Positions 24,816 to 38,239 of a DNA stretch of 64,000 bases are shown here, piece by piece. Both the position numbers and the translations under genes were made by a program. The stretch is from Vicugna vicugna. Taxonomy: Eukaryota. The stretch covers positions 434,001 through 498,000 of the forward strand of contig MU057865.1 of the NCBI GenBank assembly GCA_013265495.1. The letters run 5' to 3'. Below the pieces are notes generated by a model, which saw only the letters and a program-made list of their open reading frames with translations, ran no database searches and had not been told where the DNA came from. The stretch's first letter is position 1; the number at the start of each line of letters is the position of its first letter.

Positions 24816-27550
24816 CGCTCGTCTCCTGGTGTCGCCCTTCGGGTGCCCTGGTAGAGCTCACGGGCAGCGCTGGCTCGGACGCTCACTGCTGGCTCAGTTA
24901 ACGCCACCGCCTTCATTTCTCTCCTCTGACCTCCTCTCAGGGCAGCACCTCCAGCCGCGGTTGAACCTGCCGACTTCTGTTCCCGCTCCTGCTTCCAGGC
25001 TTGTCCCGTTGACTAGAAGATTTGCAGCTCGAGTGACACAGAGTGACTGAGCTCACGGCCACGCGTTCCACTGTCGAGGGCTGGGCTTGTCAGCAGCTGG
25101 GAACTGACATGCCGGCCGTGGGCACTGATCGTGAGTCGTTCCCCATTAGTGGTCACGGCCAGACTCACCTCCCCACGTCGCGGCGTTCCAGCTGGGCCAC
25201 TGCCGGCCCTAAACTTAAAAAAGAAGCTTCACTATTTGGTTGTTTGATTTGCCCCTCGAGCAGGAGGCTCTCCCGTTCTCCCTAGTGGTTTGCATCTCTG
25301 GATCCTAAGAGGGGGGTGTGGCTAATTCATAGCGGAGCACATACTCCTTTTTCTAAGCTGATCATGGGATGCTGATCAGATTAGAGAGGCAATTAGCAGC
25401 TTTCTTTTTTTTTTTTCTCTTGACATCATCAGAACAGTGATTCTGTTTTTATTTGTCTGCTTTGCTTGCTGTTCTTGGCTTTCTCCTTCTCACCGTTGTC
25501 TTACCAAGTCTACTGTAACAATAATTTATACTCGCTGAGTGTTCACCAGGTGCCAGGCTCTGGTCTAAGTGCCTTAGGTGGATTAACTCCACGTGGTAGG
25601 AACTATTCAAGGCGGCTGAGTACAGCCACCCCCGATAGGTGTGCCCTGCACCCTTCCAGGCACTATTAACACACGTGCAGTGTGAGCATCGCCTCTGGAT
25701 CTGTTAGTGCCCGTCTCCTGGCTCTGTCATCCCCTCCTTGTACAGAGGAGGAAATGCAGAGGCAGAGATCCACCTGCTGCTCTCACTGTACCGCATCTGT
25801 TCCTTTCGGCTTCGCAGTAGAGGTTGGAAAATAATTTTGTCTGGATTTGTATTCCGGGTAACCGAGAGTAATAAAACTATTTTGCTTCAATACTTGAAAA
25901 TCTTTCTAAACGACTCAGTCGTCTTCCTACTCTGACAAGTCGAGTGCCCGGTGAAAGTGCCTGGATCCGTGTAAGCGACGGTCCAGCAGGTGCAGGAGCT
26001 TAGTCTGCTTCCGTCTCAGAAGAACTGCCATCTAGCTGGAGAAAGGATAGGAGGTTAGAAGAGCCTCTCCCTAACACAGGACCTAATTCAGACGTCTGAC
26101 ATTAAAAATTAGTTCTTCATCCCTCTGCATAAGCTGCACAGGGTCCACGGAAACAGGAGATTTTCTTATTTCCACTGTTAGGCTAGCTTGTAGCTGATCA
26201 CCGAATTGATTGGGTAGAATTTTACTCCAAATTACCCTTCAGTGTTAAGTTAAATAAGCATATATACTCCGATGATGGGATAGAAACATTTAAAAACGAT
26301 TCCTGGATTATAGCATCCCGAGAGACATTAGGCATCATATCTTTTAACCGAAATTAGAAATCACTTTACTGCTTCTGAGGATTTTTAAAATGAAGTCTCT
26401 GCTGTGGTGTCTTTATTCACAGGGATCTCCCCACCTCTGAAGATGGCCGTGGTCCCCTGAAAGGGCATCTCTTAGATTACCTTCTGGTTCAGTCGACTCT
26501 CCCACTCTCAGGCAGGGAAAATGGGGCCCCGGGCCACATGCTTAAGAGGGTCCTACTAAACACAGGCACGTGGAAATATGATAAATTAAATTTAAATGTG
26601 CTCACGTGCCTCTGATCTCTTGGGGTCAGGTACTTAGGGCTGGTGCAGCGTGACCCGTGACTCAATATCTCCTCTCAGGACTTGCACAATTCAGGCCCCA
26701 GGAAACGTTTACCCCCTCCCTTCTTCCCCCACAACCTCAGAACACAAAGCATGGGTGTCTGAGGGCCGTGAAGGCTTGTAGGCTGAACGCGGTAGAGGCC
26801 AGGGGCAGATAGTGCCTTGGAGGATGGGAAGGATTTGAGTGGAGAAAGGATGCAGTTAAGATAAAAGACAAATGAATTAGCATGGCACGTCTTTTCTTTC
26901 AGAAGGTGGGGTGGGCTGGGGACCCCTCAATTTCTGCCCTAGAGGTGGGCTCCGTTTTCCGTCGTCCTTCAGATTCTATTTCATGATTCTGGAGTCCCCC
27001 CAAACTGCCGTGGTGACTGGGGAGTTTTTGCAACATTAAGCAATTTGTATTATTTTCAAATTTGTATGTATGTAGTTTGAGCTAGGTGTAACATACATGA
27101 AGAGTGATACTGATTCTTTACATGGACGATTAGATATTGAATGCTAGTATGATGAATATTTTTATTTTAAAAAAAGATTAATAATATCCTATTATGTTTT
27201 CAGATTGTTAAATAGTTGAGTTTATAAAAATAATAATTTCAAAAATTTTGTTAACTAATTATAATTGATATTTTACTTTTTACTTTGAATACTTTGAATA
27301 CTTCAGAAGACAATATGTCTAAAAACATGTATAAAATAGTAAAATGTTTATATTCATTAATTTACATTTTATCAAAATACATTAAGTATATATACTTTGA
27401 ATATACAGCTACAATAAAAATTATCGATTGTTATATTCAATACAATCCAAACAATGTGAAAATTTTGTAACAGCATAATTACTATTTCATTAAAATGAAG
27501 AAAAAATACATTTTGTGGGATAAATAAATTACTTACGAATTATGAATGCA

Positions 27551-28195
27551 TTTTTTAACCTTTTTTAATTGATTTATAATCATTTTACAATGTTGTGTCA
27601 AATTCCAGTGTAGAACACAATTTTTCAGTTATACATGAACATACATATAATCATTGTCACATTTTTTTCTCTGTGAGCTACCACAAGATCTTGTATATAT
27701 TTCCCTGAGCTATACAGTATAATCTTGTTTATCTGTTCTACATTCTGAAATCCCAGTCTGTTCCTTCCCACCCCCCGCCCCCTTGGCAACCACAAGTTTG
27801 TATTCTATGTCTATGAGTCTGCTTTTTGTTTTGGTTTTATGTTTTGTTTGTTTGTTTTGTTTTAGATTCCACATATAAGTGATCTCATATGGTATTTTTC
27901 TTTCTCTTTCTGGCTTACTTCACTTAGAATGACATTCTCCAGGAGCATCCATGTTGCTGCAAATGGCGTTATGTTGTCATTTTTAATGGCTGAATAGTAT
28001 TCCGTTGTATAAATATACCACATCTTCTTTATCCAATCATCTGTTGATGGACATTTAGCTGTTTCCATGTCTTGGCTATTGCAAATAGTGCTGCTATGAA
28101 CATTGGGGTGCAGGTGCCATTTGGAAATAGGGTTCCTTCTGGATATATGCCCAGGAGCAGGATTCCTGGGTCATATGGTAAGTCCATTCCTAGTC
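27551..28195 (-). mobile_element. Young camelid L1, 5'-truncated, with TSD
   Basis: TSD ttatgaatgca at 27540-27550 and 28196-28206; contains the ORF2 C-terminus and full 3' UTR. Confidence 0.95.
27862..28195 (-). pseudogene. L1 ORF2p C-terminal fragment, frameshifted
   Basis: LPYDPGILLLGIYP...CTPMFIAALFAIAKTW then KCPSTDDWIKKMWYIYTTEYYSAIK...FAATWMLLENVILSEVSQ in a second frame. Confidence 0.92.
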
Positions 28196-28299
28196 TTATG
28201 AATGCAGTTTTAAATATCACAGGTTTGTCTACGGAACATTTAGACCTGCAATAGTAATTATTAATTTAATTATGTCACCTTTTGTTTTTGCCAAATTTT

Positions 28300-28451
28300 T
28301 TTATTTTAGTTTTTTTTGGGGGGGAGGTTAAGTTTATTTATTTATTTATTTTTATTTGTGTATTTATTTTTAATGGAGGAATAGGGGATTGAACCCAGGA
28401 CCTCGTGCATGCTAAGCATGTACTCTAACCCTGAGCTATACCCCACCTCCC
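28300..28451 (-). mobile_element. Vic-1-like camelid SINE with (TAAA)n and C-rich tail
   Basis: ggggattgaacccaggacctcgtgcatgctaagcatgtactct...ctgagctatacccc; degenerate TSD tttttgccaaatttt / tttttggccagatttt. Confidence 0.9.
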
Positions 28452-28854
28452 TATTTTTTTTTTTGGCCAGATTTTAGTTTAAAAACAGTATATTTTTTGA
28501 TATTATGGTTTTAAGATATATTTTCCAATATAGGAGGCTGGGACATATTTAATTGTTTGTTGCTTAATTTTTAACTTTTAAATACTTAGGCATGAGGTAT
28601 GTCAGTCTCCATCTATACTCTTGTACTCAGTCTTGCAAATGTAGTACCCTAGGACCATAGACTAACCTCTGCAGGGCTCAGTCCACTCATTGATAAATTG
28701 AAGATCATGATCTCTCATGACTGTGGTGAGAACTGACAATGCACATCAAAAAAATATGTAAATTATGAGGCACCATTCCAATATGTAAGCTATTGTTTAC
28801 CATCACTGTCTAAAAACACTTTTTAAATGTTGAATGAAAATCTACTTCCATATA

Positions 28855-29015
28855 ACTTAGAAGAACAGGATCTTCAAGTTGAAAGAAACCTTCAGATAAC
28901 ACAGACCACTTCTCCTCTCTTCCCTCTGCACTTTCTAAGGCAGCCCATTTTGTTCTTTGAGCACTATTTTTAGAGAGTTGAAATATGCCCTTTCTTCCCT
29001 TTGGTAATTTGTCCT
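28855..29015 (-). mobile_element. L3/MIR3-like relic
   Basis: caagttgaaagaaaccttcagat...aggcagcccattt. Confidence 0.4.
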
Positions 29016-29899
29016 TCTCAGAGGCATCATCACCGCTACACCGTTTTCTTAGATGTTACCTCTTGCCCACCTTTAAAATTGAGATACTTTTCAAAGACAC
29101 CGGAAATTGCAATTTAAAGACCCTCCCACTTCTCGTGAGCTTCTTCCTTTTAAAAAACACTCATCAGGACCCTGTATCTCTATTTTCCCTGACATTGAAT
29201 CCCATCCCCCTCCCCCAGTATATATCTCTTAGTGTACCTGTCTTCAGTGTCTTGAATTCTAGGCTGACATGATCATTTTCTCTTCCATCTTATTTCTAAA
29301 TTATTAGCTTACTGTTCTCATTGGTCAGAATTAAGCCCAGGATAACAACTTCCCTCTTTGCTTCTTCCTCCTTCCCAGTAACCCCATTCATCAGCAAGAC
29401 AAGCTAAAGCTGCATTGGATACTCTACCTTTCACATAACTAGACTATTTCCTCTGTTGATGAGAGTTGTGCATATATAAGCAGCCTGTGCGAGGGAATTA
29501 CTGAAATGATGCATTAATCTTCATTTCACGTGACGGCAAAATCATCCGTACCCCAAACTAGCAGATGTCCTGAACAGAGAGATCTGAATGGACTAGGAGC
29601 ACGTGGCAGACCCTCATGATGAGAGAGATTTCTGAGTATTTGCTTTAGTAAAATTCCTACCCAAACCTTGAAACACTGTTTTTTTTTTGTTCCCTTCCCT
29701 ATAGAACATTGTATCCAAAAATCTACATGAAATAAAGAAAAGTACAATTGTATTACAGAGATGACAGTGTGTGTGTATAACATTAGCTGCGGGGGGTACC
29801 ATGGTAGCAGTTTAGAGTGAAGTTATGGAAGTATACAGCCTCCTCCCGCTGCCTCCCTCTGCGTTATCAAGTGATGGATCTTTGGAAGTCAAAAGTAAA

Positions 29900-30175
29900 C
29901 CCTGTTGAGTTGCTATAGCCAACTCAGGATTGTACCAGAATTAATTATATCTTCTACTCCGTTGCAAAGGGTTGTCACCAATAAATTCTAATAAACAGGA
30001 GTAGAAAGATTTTATTCATGCCATTCCAAAGAAATTAGAACACAGTAATGTTATTTAGCAATGCAGATGTTATATTATTGTGTTGTTTATATGAAAATGG
30101 ATATGGCATGGACAGGTGTATCAAATGAGCACGAGAGAGATTTGAGCCGAGCAACTGTTTTGATTACGTATATTT
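29900..30175. mobile_element. Ancient hairpin-rich repeat, MER135-like
   Basis: Three inverted repeats seen directly; ttaattatatcttctactccgttgcaaagggttgtcaccaataaattcta and tattcatgccattc resemble my recollection of MER135. Confidence 0.5.
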
Positions 30176-30932
30176 ATTCATAATGCAGAAGTCGCTCCAT
30201 GGAACCTCTTCTCTGAAGATGGATTACCTATTTTTGGAAGGCTTATTCTATAGTTTTTATTATTTAGAAGTGTCAATGCCACCAAGGGGTAATATTTAAG
30301 AATGCCTTGTTTAAATTGTACCTTAATTGGTTTAGTCTCCAGAACTGTACGACATGATGCTACACCTTGTCGCTGAGTGAGTGGGGCAGATAATGGTGTG
30401 GTGCTGTCGGCTGGCTGCTGGCGAGTGGGCCGGCAGTACACGGTCTGAAAAACAGTAATTGCACTGTGATTCTGATTTGTTGTTTTGAGCATAATGTTGT
30501 TTCACCAGTAGATCACCTCATTTTCTATTTTGATTACTCAGTCAGGACAATATCCTAATGCACATTTTTTTTATGTACGCAATAGCAGTGTACTAAAAAA
30601 AGACTTCTGTTAACCAACTGATTGAAGAATTGAAACAATTAGATGACCATCATGCGGGCACCCATGCGTGCCTACACACACATGCACATCATCTCTCATT
30701 CTCTTTCTTCCTTTATTTGTGTATGTGTTTGTGTGTGTTTCTTGCTTGAAATACTCATGGCATTGTGATTTAGGGAGTATTTTGAATCATCAATGTCATG
30801 ACCGTTTCTTTAGTGGACTAGTCATACCCAAGCATTCCATATGTTTCAAAAAAAAAAAAAGATGATGAGTAATAAATGATTATAAACTGAGAAGTTAATA
30901 ACTTAGAAGTTAATATCCTATCTGGGGCAGAT

Positions 30933-30972
30933 ATGGCCAAATCCTCACAGTAATGGCCAAATCCTCACAGTA
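30933..30972. repeat. Perfect 20-bp tandem duplication
   Basis: atggccaaatcctcacagta x2. Confidence 0.97.
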
Positions 30973-32151
30973 ACTGCAAATCATTTTCGATTTGGTACAA
31001 TAATTACACCCATCTTTAAAACTGATACAGGCCCCACAAACCTTTCACAAGGCCTTATTCTCCCAAGCTCATTCCCTCTTCATGTATTACTTCCTGTCTC
31101 ATCAAACTCAGAACACATCAATTTCAAGTTTTCACTTGTTACATTTCATTTGACTCCAACTTGCCAATTCTCCCAAGTGTGCCCAGTCTAGTCCTCCAAT
31201 CTAGGATATCCTGCCCATTTTTCTGTGTGCATAAATGCCCAAGGATTATCACATAGATTATGGGGCCAACAGCAATACTCAAATGTGCCTTTTTTTTATA
31301 ACTGGTCATACCTAGCAGCAAGGACAAGCAAATATTGTTAAATGTATTTCTGTATCAGAAATACACATTTGTTTTTATTTATACTTTTCACTATCTCTTA
31401 GCTAAGTGGGTGAGAGAAGGGAGGGACCTAGTTGAAAGACATACTCTACAACTGATGGTAGCTGTCATCAGTCAAAACAAAGTAACGGGACTAGAGAGGC
31501 CTCTCTTGCAATCTCCAGATTCTCCTAAGGCCCTGGATCATCTTGTGGGCAAGGGACAGAGAGCAAGCATTTGTCCCTGTGCATCCCCATGGTTGCAGTC
31601 CCCGAAACTCAGAGACCAGCTGCCTTGAAGATGAGAAGCATAACTGCCTTTTACTGAAGGTTTTGAAGGTATATCTGATTTTTTTTACAAGTTACCAACA
31701 CATATGCCCGGGTGGTTCACTTCTTTGACAACTGAGTCATTCCAAATAAAAATTCAAAGCAACACTTGCATCATCATTAAATGTGATAGAAATTTTAACA
31801 TTTCTACAAGTTTTCAATTAATTTAGCCAATCGTGTGATAGCTACCATCTACGGAGGTCTCGTTACATTGTTAATACAAGGCAAAGGGATGAAATAAAAC
31901 AGAGGCCAGAGACATTTTCCAGGATCCTTCTAGCTGTGCTTTGGTTGCTTCAAGTCCCCAAATTCCATCTTCTCCCTGAAGACCACACTGACCGTTCCAG
32001 CTCACCAACTTTGGTCTTCAAAAGAGTGACACTTGATAATTTTTCTCTTTTTCCGTACTGCACATCTTCCTGGTTACCTAAATGATCTTCTGTTTTATCT
32101 TTGCCTTTTCCTCTCATCTAGGATGTAAGATCTTTGAATGCAGGAGACATA

Positions 32152-32525
32152 CAGCAGATTCTGTTTATATGGGGTGTTTATATTCTATAAAGTCACCCAA
32201 ACACTGAATTAGCAAACACCGAACCATTGTTCCTAGGCGAAATGTATCAGAAATGTTGAGGGACTTGTCTGAAGCCACTCCACTAACAAATCAGAGTTGT
32301 GTCACCATCCTCTGGTCATCTCTGTACAAGGGCTGAACCAAGATACAAGAGCATTGTTTCATTTGACCTCAGCTGGGAAATACGAGTTGGAGCCTTAAAT
32401 CTTTCCCCACTTTGGGCATACATGTTTATGAATGTCTGCAAATGGCCTGAAAGCCTGTAAGTTCTGCTTTGGGGGTTGCAAATAAATTTGCAATAGTGAA
32501 ATGCATGAAGAATGAGGATTTATTC
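32152..32525 (+). mobile_element. MER82-like Tigger MITE, internally deleted
   Basis: TA then cagcagattc...ttctataaagtcacc...aacactgaattagcaaacaccgaaccattgttcctagg; ends aatgcatgaagaatgaggat. Confidence 0.7.
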
Positions 32526-32684
32526 GTCGTATTTCTTTGGATGCCTCAACACTGAATACAGCCCTTTGCTAGTAGGGCTCTCTCAATAAAGGTTTGTTCG
32601 GTGATGGATTGGGTGAGTGGATGAGCTGGTTTATTCCTCGTTTATTTGTAATATATGCCCCCCCACCGTGTATTGAAAGACACA

Positions 32685-32900
32685 AAGTGAAAGTGTTATG
32701 AGCATGGACTCTGGAGACAGAGGGTCTGGATTTAAATCCTAAGTCCACCATTGCATCCACCTCCATGAGGTTGGGCCTCAGTTCCCTCATTTATAAAATG
32801 AGAGGTAATAATAGTATGCTCTTAGGGAGTTGTTATACGGTTTAAATAAGCTAATATTTGGAAAAGAATTTAGGAAGCACCTGGCACATAGTGTTACTTA
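32685..32900 (+). mobile_element. MIR
   Basis: agagcatggactctggag-like start, ctggatttaaatcc, gcctcagttccctcatttataaaatg, cacctggcacatag. Confidence 0.8.
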
Positions 32901-35900
32901 AGGGTTTGACAAAGTTCAAAACAGAAACAGAAAAAAACCAAAACCCCATACCATGTTCTGAATATCTAGCACTGCAGTAAACCATTTTTATTGTATTGCT
33001 GAACATTAATATCTATAACTTTCCATTTCTCTATCCTTATTGGTGGTAAAACGTCCAACTTCCTTCTTCCAGAGAAAACTCGGAGAGTACAGTGAAACTA
33101 TATTGAAAAATATAAACTTAAAGAATGCACAATATTGCTAAGATTCCTCCAGATGGCCAGTCTCTAAAGCCAGGATGTGGTCCCTTGGGTCTGGCCCAGC
33201 CCTCCTCTGAAGCTTGTGCTTTGCGGTTCACCCAGCACATGGACAGGTAGCAATTTTGCGGTGACTTTCTCACACTTCATGTCTTTGAATGAGCTGACAG
33301 AGCTCACTGCTGCACTGCCAGGAAACAACCATTTAGGGTGGAACTGTGTACATTTCTCCCCTTTTTCTACCAATCAACAGGTTATAACTTAAGAGAGAAA
33401 CGAGGCCCCCGAGTTCATGCTGGAAACGGGGGGAAAAACAGTAAGAAATGATAGGTTGTCAGCTTCCCTGAAAAGGTGCAAGGCGTCAGAGCTGCAAATA
33501 AAGACTTTATTGCCTTGCAAAGAAGGCTTCGTAGCATTCAGATATTACCTACATCTGCTTTAATGATTCCATTTAAGCTGTCATTTTCTACATTTACCTT
33601 GTAGCATTCAAAAGCAACTATACTTATATGTTCACAGCCAACGCATTGCCAGCATTTACAAAAGTGGGGTTGGGTGAGGGAAGAAAATGGTGTATGATGT
33701 ATTTCAAAGAGTAGTTTCCTTGCAGAAAATTAGCAGTAATTTTGTGGCTACTCTTAAAGGGAAATGAAGTTTCTTTGGAGATAAAAACTGCTAACATTGA
33801 ACAAAAGAGAAGAGGAGGCAGAGAGAGAGAGAGGGAGGGGGGAGCTAAATTTGCTCTCCATTTGGTCAGTTGGTCCTTTCTCTCTCCATCCTTTTTTAAT
33901 TTAATTTGCCAGGACACCTGGTCAAGCACTTTCGTGGGGACTGTGAGGAAGCTGGGGTTGAAGTTACCCAGCTTTTATTTCCAGCAAGACCAGTCCTGAT
34001 CAATAAAGGAAACAAATAAAAGTGACTTTCCTGGGGGTTCACTTTACTGCTTCTGAAGTGGGGATAACGGTGGCTCTGGTTTCCAGAGTCTGTAAAGCTC
34101 CCAAGAATTTTCACTGCTCCTTGGAAATCCTACAGTGACTTATAGTCTAGAAATGCAAATCCCTGTAGCAATGTTGTTAGGGCTAGTCAAACACTCTGAG
34201 TCAAATGCTGCAATTTCTTTTCTCAGTAGGCTTTATTTCTCAAGTTCCAGCTTAAATCCCACCACCACTTCCTGTGACCCCCTCCGATCCCCAGGGAGTG
34301 TCTTCCTCCTCTGCGTTCCTGGGGTCGGGTCAGCCTGACTCCAGTCTGCACCCTGAGTGCTGAGCGAGGGTATTTGTTTCTTTCTCTGTGTCTCTATCTC
34401 TGTTTATTTTCATAGCTCTCCAACTGAAGTTTAATTTTGTGAATTCAGAGTTAGACTTCTTGAGGCCACTCATGACTCCTGCAAGACACATTGCAGACAG
34501 TAGGCATTTGAAAGAACGAGTCTGTCTGCTATGTTTTTTTTTTTTACTAAAGGTAAGTTCCAAATCCACGCCGTCTGTAAGACTATGTCTGTTTACTTTT
34601 TGGACTCCTTTGCCTGCCTCTTTCTCCTATTAGGGGATTCTCCTTACATTAAGCTTCCAAATGATTTCAAACTCATCGTGTTCATGCTCCAGACAAACTG
34701 GAGCTGATAATTAAAATCAGGCAAACTTGGTTTCGTGGGAAGAGCAAAAGCTCCTGACTAAGGAGGACTGGCCCATCTGCCCATAGTTCTCTGCTCTAAG
34801 CCTCTTCAGGACCAGGCAATGGTGACACCAATCTTGAGGTCCTCCTTAGCCCTGAGGATGCAGAGTTCCTGTGATTATACAAGGGGGAACTTCATAAAAC
34901 TCTTTTGAATAAATGTATGCACTCATGGATTAGTAAATTCAACATCTTTGAGCAATTTTCTTGGTCCCCTTTAGATCTTCTGTAATCATGGGAATAATGC
35001 TGAGTGTCCTTTTAATCTGAGTGCATAATTTAACAGGTTTATGCTCAATTCTTGGGAGAAATCATTTCCATTTCTTCTTTTTTTTTAAATTATGGAATGA
35101 ATGTTTTAAAAGAGGAGAAAATTAGGGATTCTGAAATAGATGGCAGGCCAGAAGCAGAAACAGAGGGAGGAAATGCTGTCTGTTAATGCTACTCCAATAG
35201 TATTTTATTTCCTGGAAGGTGACAGGACCCTAGGAAATATGGAACAGAGTTTAGTTGTGGATTTTCATTATTTTGCTCCCTTGACTGAAGGTAGGAGATC
35301 TTGTCCTAATTTGCTTTTGCATTCAAGTGCCAAGCACAATGTTTAGAATACAGCAGGTGTTCAATAATTGCTTTCTGAATAAATGAAGGGGAGGCATGGA
35401 GACAGCAGTGTCAGAAAGGTAGGTCCAGAGGGGAAGTAGAGGGTCTAATGGAGAACATTTTGTCTGTGTTTCTGTTACTTCTTTTTCCAGAAACTCTTTC
35501 CCCATGGGAGTGGGAAGCGAAGGGAATTAATTTTTGACTGCTGCCATTCTTTCTCTGTATCTCTGCTAGGTCCTGGATCAAATTCCTTCTGTTTGGAACT
35601 CACAAGGGTGACTGTATACCTCACTCCACACCCACCTTCCCACTTCCGGTCAACTTGGCTGTTGACCAGAAATAATTGCCCACATTAGTGTTAATAATTG
35701 AATACAGATTGTTTTATTTTTCAGAAATGTTTGACTTTATCAGGAAAAAAATTGTGACACCAAAGATCTCATGCCTAATAGAATTCAAGAGGAGATTTCC
35801 TAAAGGTATTACTCAACCAATAATTAAAAAAAATATACATACATTTTTTCCCCCTGAGGTCCAAATAAATTCGAAAAGAGTGACTTAACTACAGTTTGAC

Positions 35901-38239
35901 TGGACTTCTCAATTTCTTGTTTTTAGTATACAAAATCCTATGTGAATCTCCACATTTATCAAAGTTATTTTCCCATGGAATTTTTAAAAAATAAAATGTC
36001 TTGAGAGATTAGAATTCTGTCCCAAATTCTTTGGAAAAATTTGTAATAAGCCGCCTCCCAGAGCACAATAACAGAATGAGGGCTATAAGCATCAATCCTG
36101 AAAACAAGCTGAAATGGAATAAATTTCTGATTCATTTTTTCCATTTCAGAATTCACACGGCATTATTCATTTCAAGCTACAAGACTGTTGAGCACTGTAT
36201 TCCTTTCCCCAAAACAAGAAAGAATATATTATAGCTGTGTGCAAGAAACTGCAGTAAAATCACCTGCCCTGCATAATGATTGGTTTAGTTATTGATAAGA
36301 TTGGGGACAATAACTCTCTGAATGCTATGCTGTATAACATTTCTCATAAGCCCCTATCTCCAAATTTTTCAGCTGCTTCAGAATGATTAATTAGTTCTGG
36401 TGTGTATCAGGAAGGCAGTAATTCCCCAATAAAAACCACAGGTATCAGACCAAATGGATGCAAACTGATCAAAATGTAATGTTATGTTTCCCATAATCAT
36501 GGCGGATCGTTTGGTTGGTATCAAAATTTAGACTTTAGTTTCTGCCACATTTGACTGAAATTTCCTTCCAGCCGTGGCAGAAGGAAGGAAATTTCAGTCA
36601 AATGTGGCAGAGACTCAAGAGGCTCTGCTCACCACAGGTGTTTAATCACAGGGATGCTCTTGGGGGAATAACACCGATGGCTGGCTCGGCCGGCGTCCAC
36701 AGATGGGGAAAAGCTCGTTGCAGGGGAGAGGCAGGTTAGAAGAGTATCAAAATTTGGACCAGCTCCAGAGCAAATCTCATCTTTCATTTCACACCTTTGC
36801 TATTTTCTGTCAGTCTCTCCCCAGAAAGCGTTATTACTTTGCAGCACTCAACAGGGGTTGATGGCATCTTGGATGTCTCCCCTCGGCTTCACTGCCCGGC
36901 GGCTGGACTACTTCATTAAAGCCTGCACCGCACTTCTCCCGGTTTAATGGCCATAAATATAGCTACCCAAAGAGGGGAAACACTTTTCTATCCATGAAGA
37001 TATTACATCCAAGAGACGAAAGGAAAACCTGCTAATTGAGAATCACACTCCGGCTTAATTACACAGATGCTAAAATAATGTAACTGAAGCGCCTTAAAAA
37101 TATAATTATCCACTATGCAATGCTTGAGAGCATGTTTTATCTTTTTGCCTTTAATGTACGTGATCAAGAAAGAGCCAACAAAAGAATAATTCCTGGGTAA
37201 TTTGGGAAAGTGGGACATGTTTGGATTTGAAAGATGTTTCAGAAAAGTGTCTTGCATTTGGAAGGAATCATCAAAGGTATTTTATGAGTAACTATACATA
37301 AAATCCTTCTTCTTTACCTGTATGTTCTTCAAAGGCACCTGGGATTAAAATAAATAGTAAATTTGAGGGTAGCTTGAAACTGTATCCAATTATCTCCTTT
37401 GACATAGCAGAGTGAGGACTGCTGTATATTTGGAAAGGCATACTGTGTTTACCGTGTGACTTGAAGAAGGTCTGGAAATCACCTCTGATTCACTGAATAT
37501 TCTTTCCACTTCCCCTTCTCCAACTTCAAGCCCTATCCTGTCAAAGTCACTGTTAACATGATGCTGGTTTATTATAAATTTTTCAAAAAATTTGCATTGC
37601 AGGCTAATATCTCAAACAGTGCTAAAAATAAACCTGATTATGTATTGTTTTCCATCGCTATTTCCATTGTGTTTTTTATTTTCCTTGTAGATTTTGCCTA
37701 TTTCTGTACATAGTGTTTGCCATGGGTTATCATATACATGCTTCACTAATGCTAATATTGTGCATTTATTATTAACATGGTGGACAAGGCATACTACTGC
37801 TGGCTAAGAAAGATTCTCAGCCAAAAATGTAAAGTAATTTAGCCAAGGGAGGGCTGATAAAGCTTACTTCCATATAGCAATCTAGAGATGGTACTAAAAG
37901 AACTTCATAGGCTTAATTCTTGCCTTCAAGAAGTGCAGACATTTCTAGATACTGGAAGGAGTTGGGTGTAGACATGAAAGGAGGAATGAAGTGGAAGATG
38001 GAATACAGGGACCTTCTAAGGCCAACATGAGGGGGAGAACTATGGGTTAAGTGCACATCCACAGACCATCTTGGTTGGCACCTTGATGAATTAGCCATGG
38101 GAGAGGGCATATGGCAGAGTAGGCATGGAGCTGGGCTAGATTCAAGCTGAGGGTAGGGTTGGTTCTTCCTCCCCCATTCTCTCCCCCCGATCTCCCCCCA
38201 CAATTGAGGTCACAGAGCTGTGAAGGAGGGAGGTGGATG

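Larger units (their letters stand above)
27020..28630. mobile_element. AT-rich hAT-type DNA transposon relic (Zaphod/Tip100-like), interrupted by L1 and SINE
   Basis: Very AT-rich tract ending taacttttaaatacttaggcatgaggtatgtcagtctccatctatactcttg...gcaaatgtag, recalled as a Tip100-type end; family and left edge uncertain. Confidence 0.45.
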
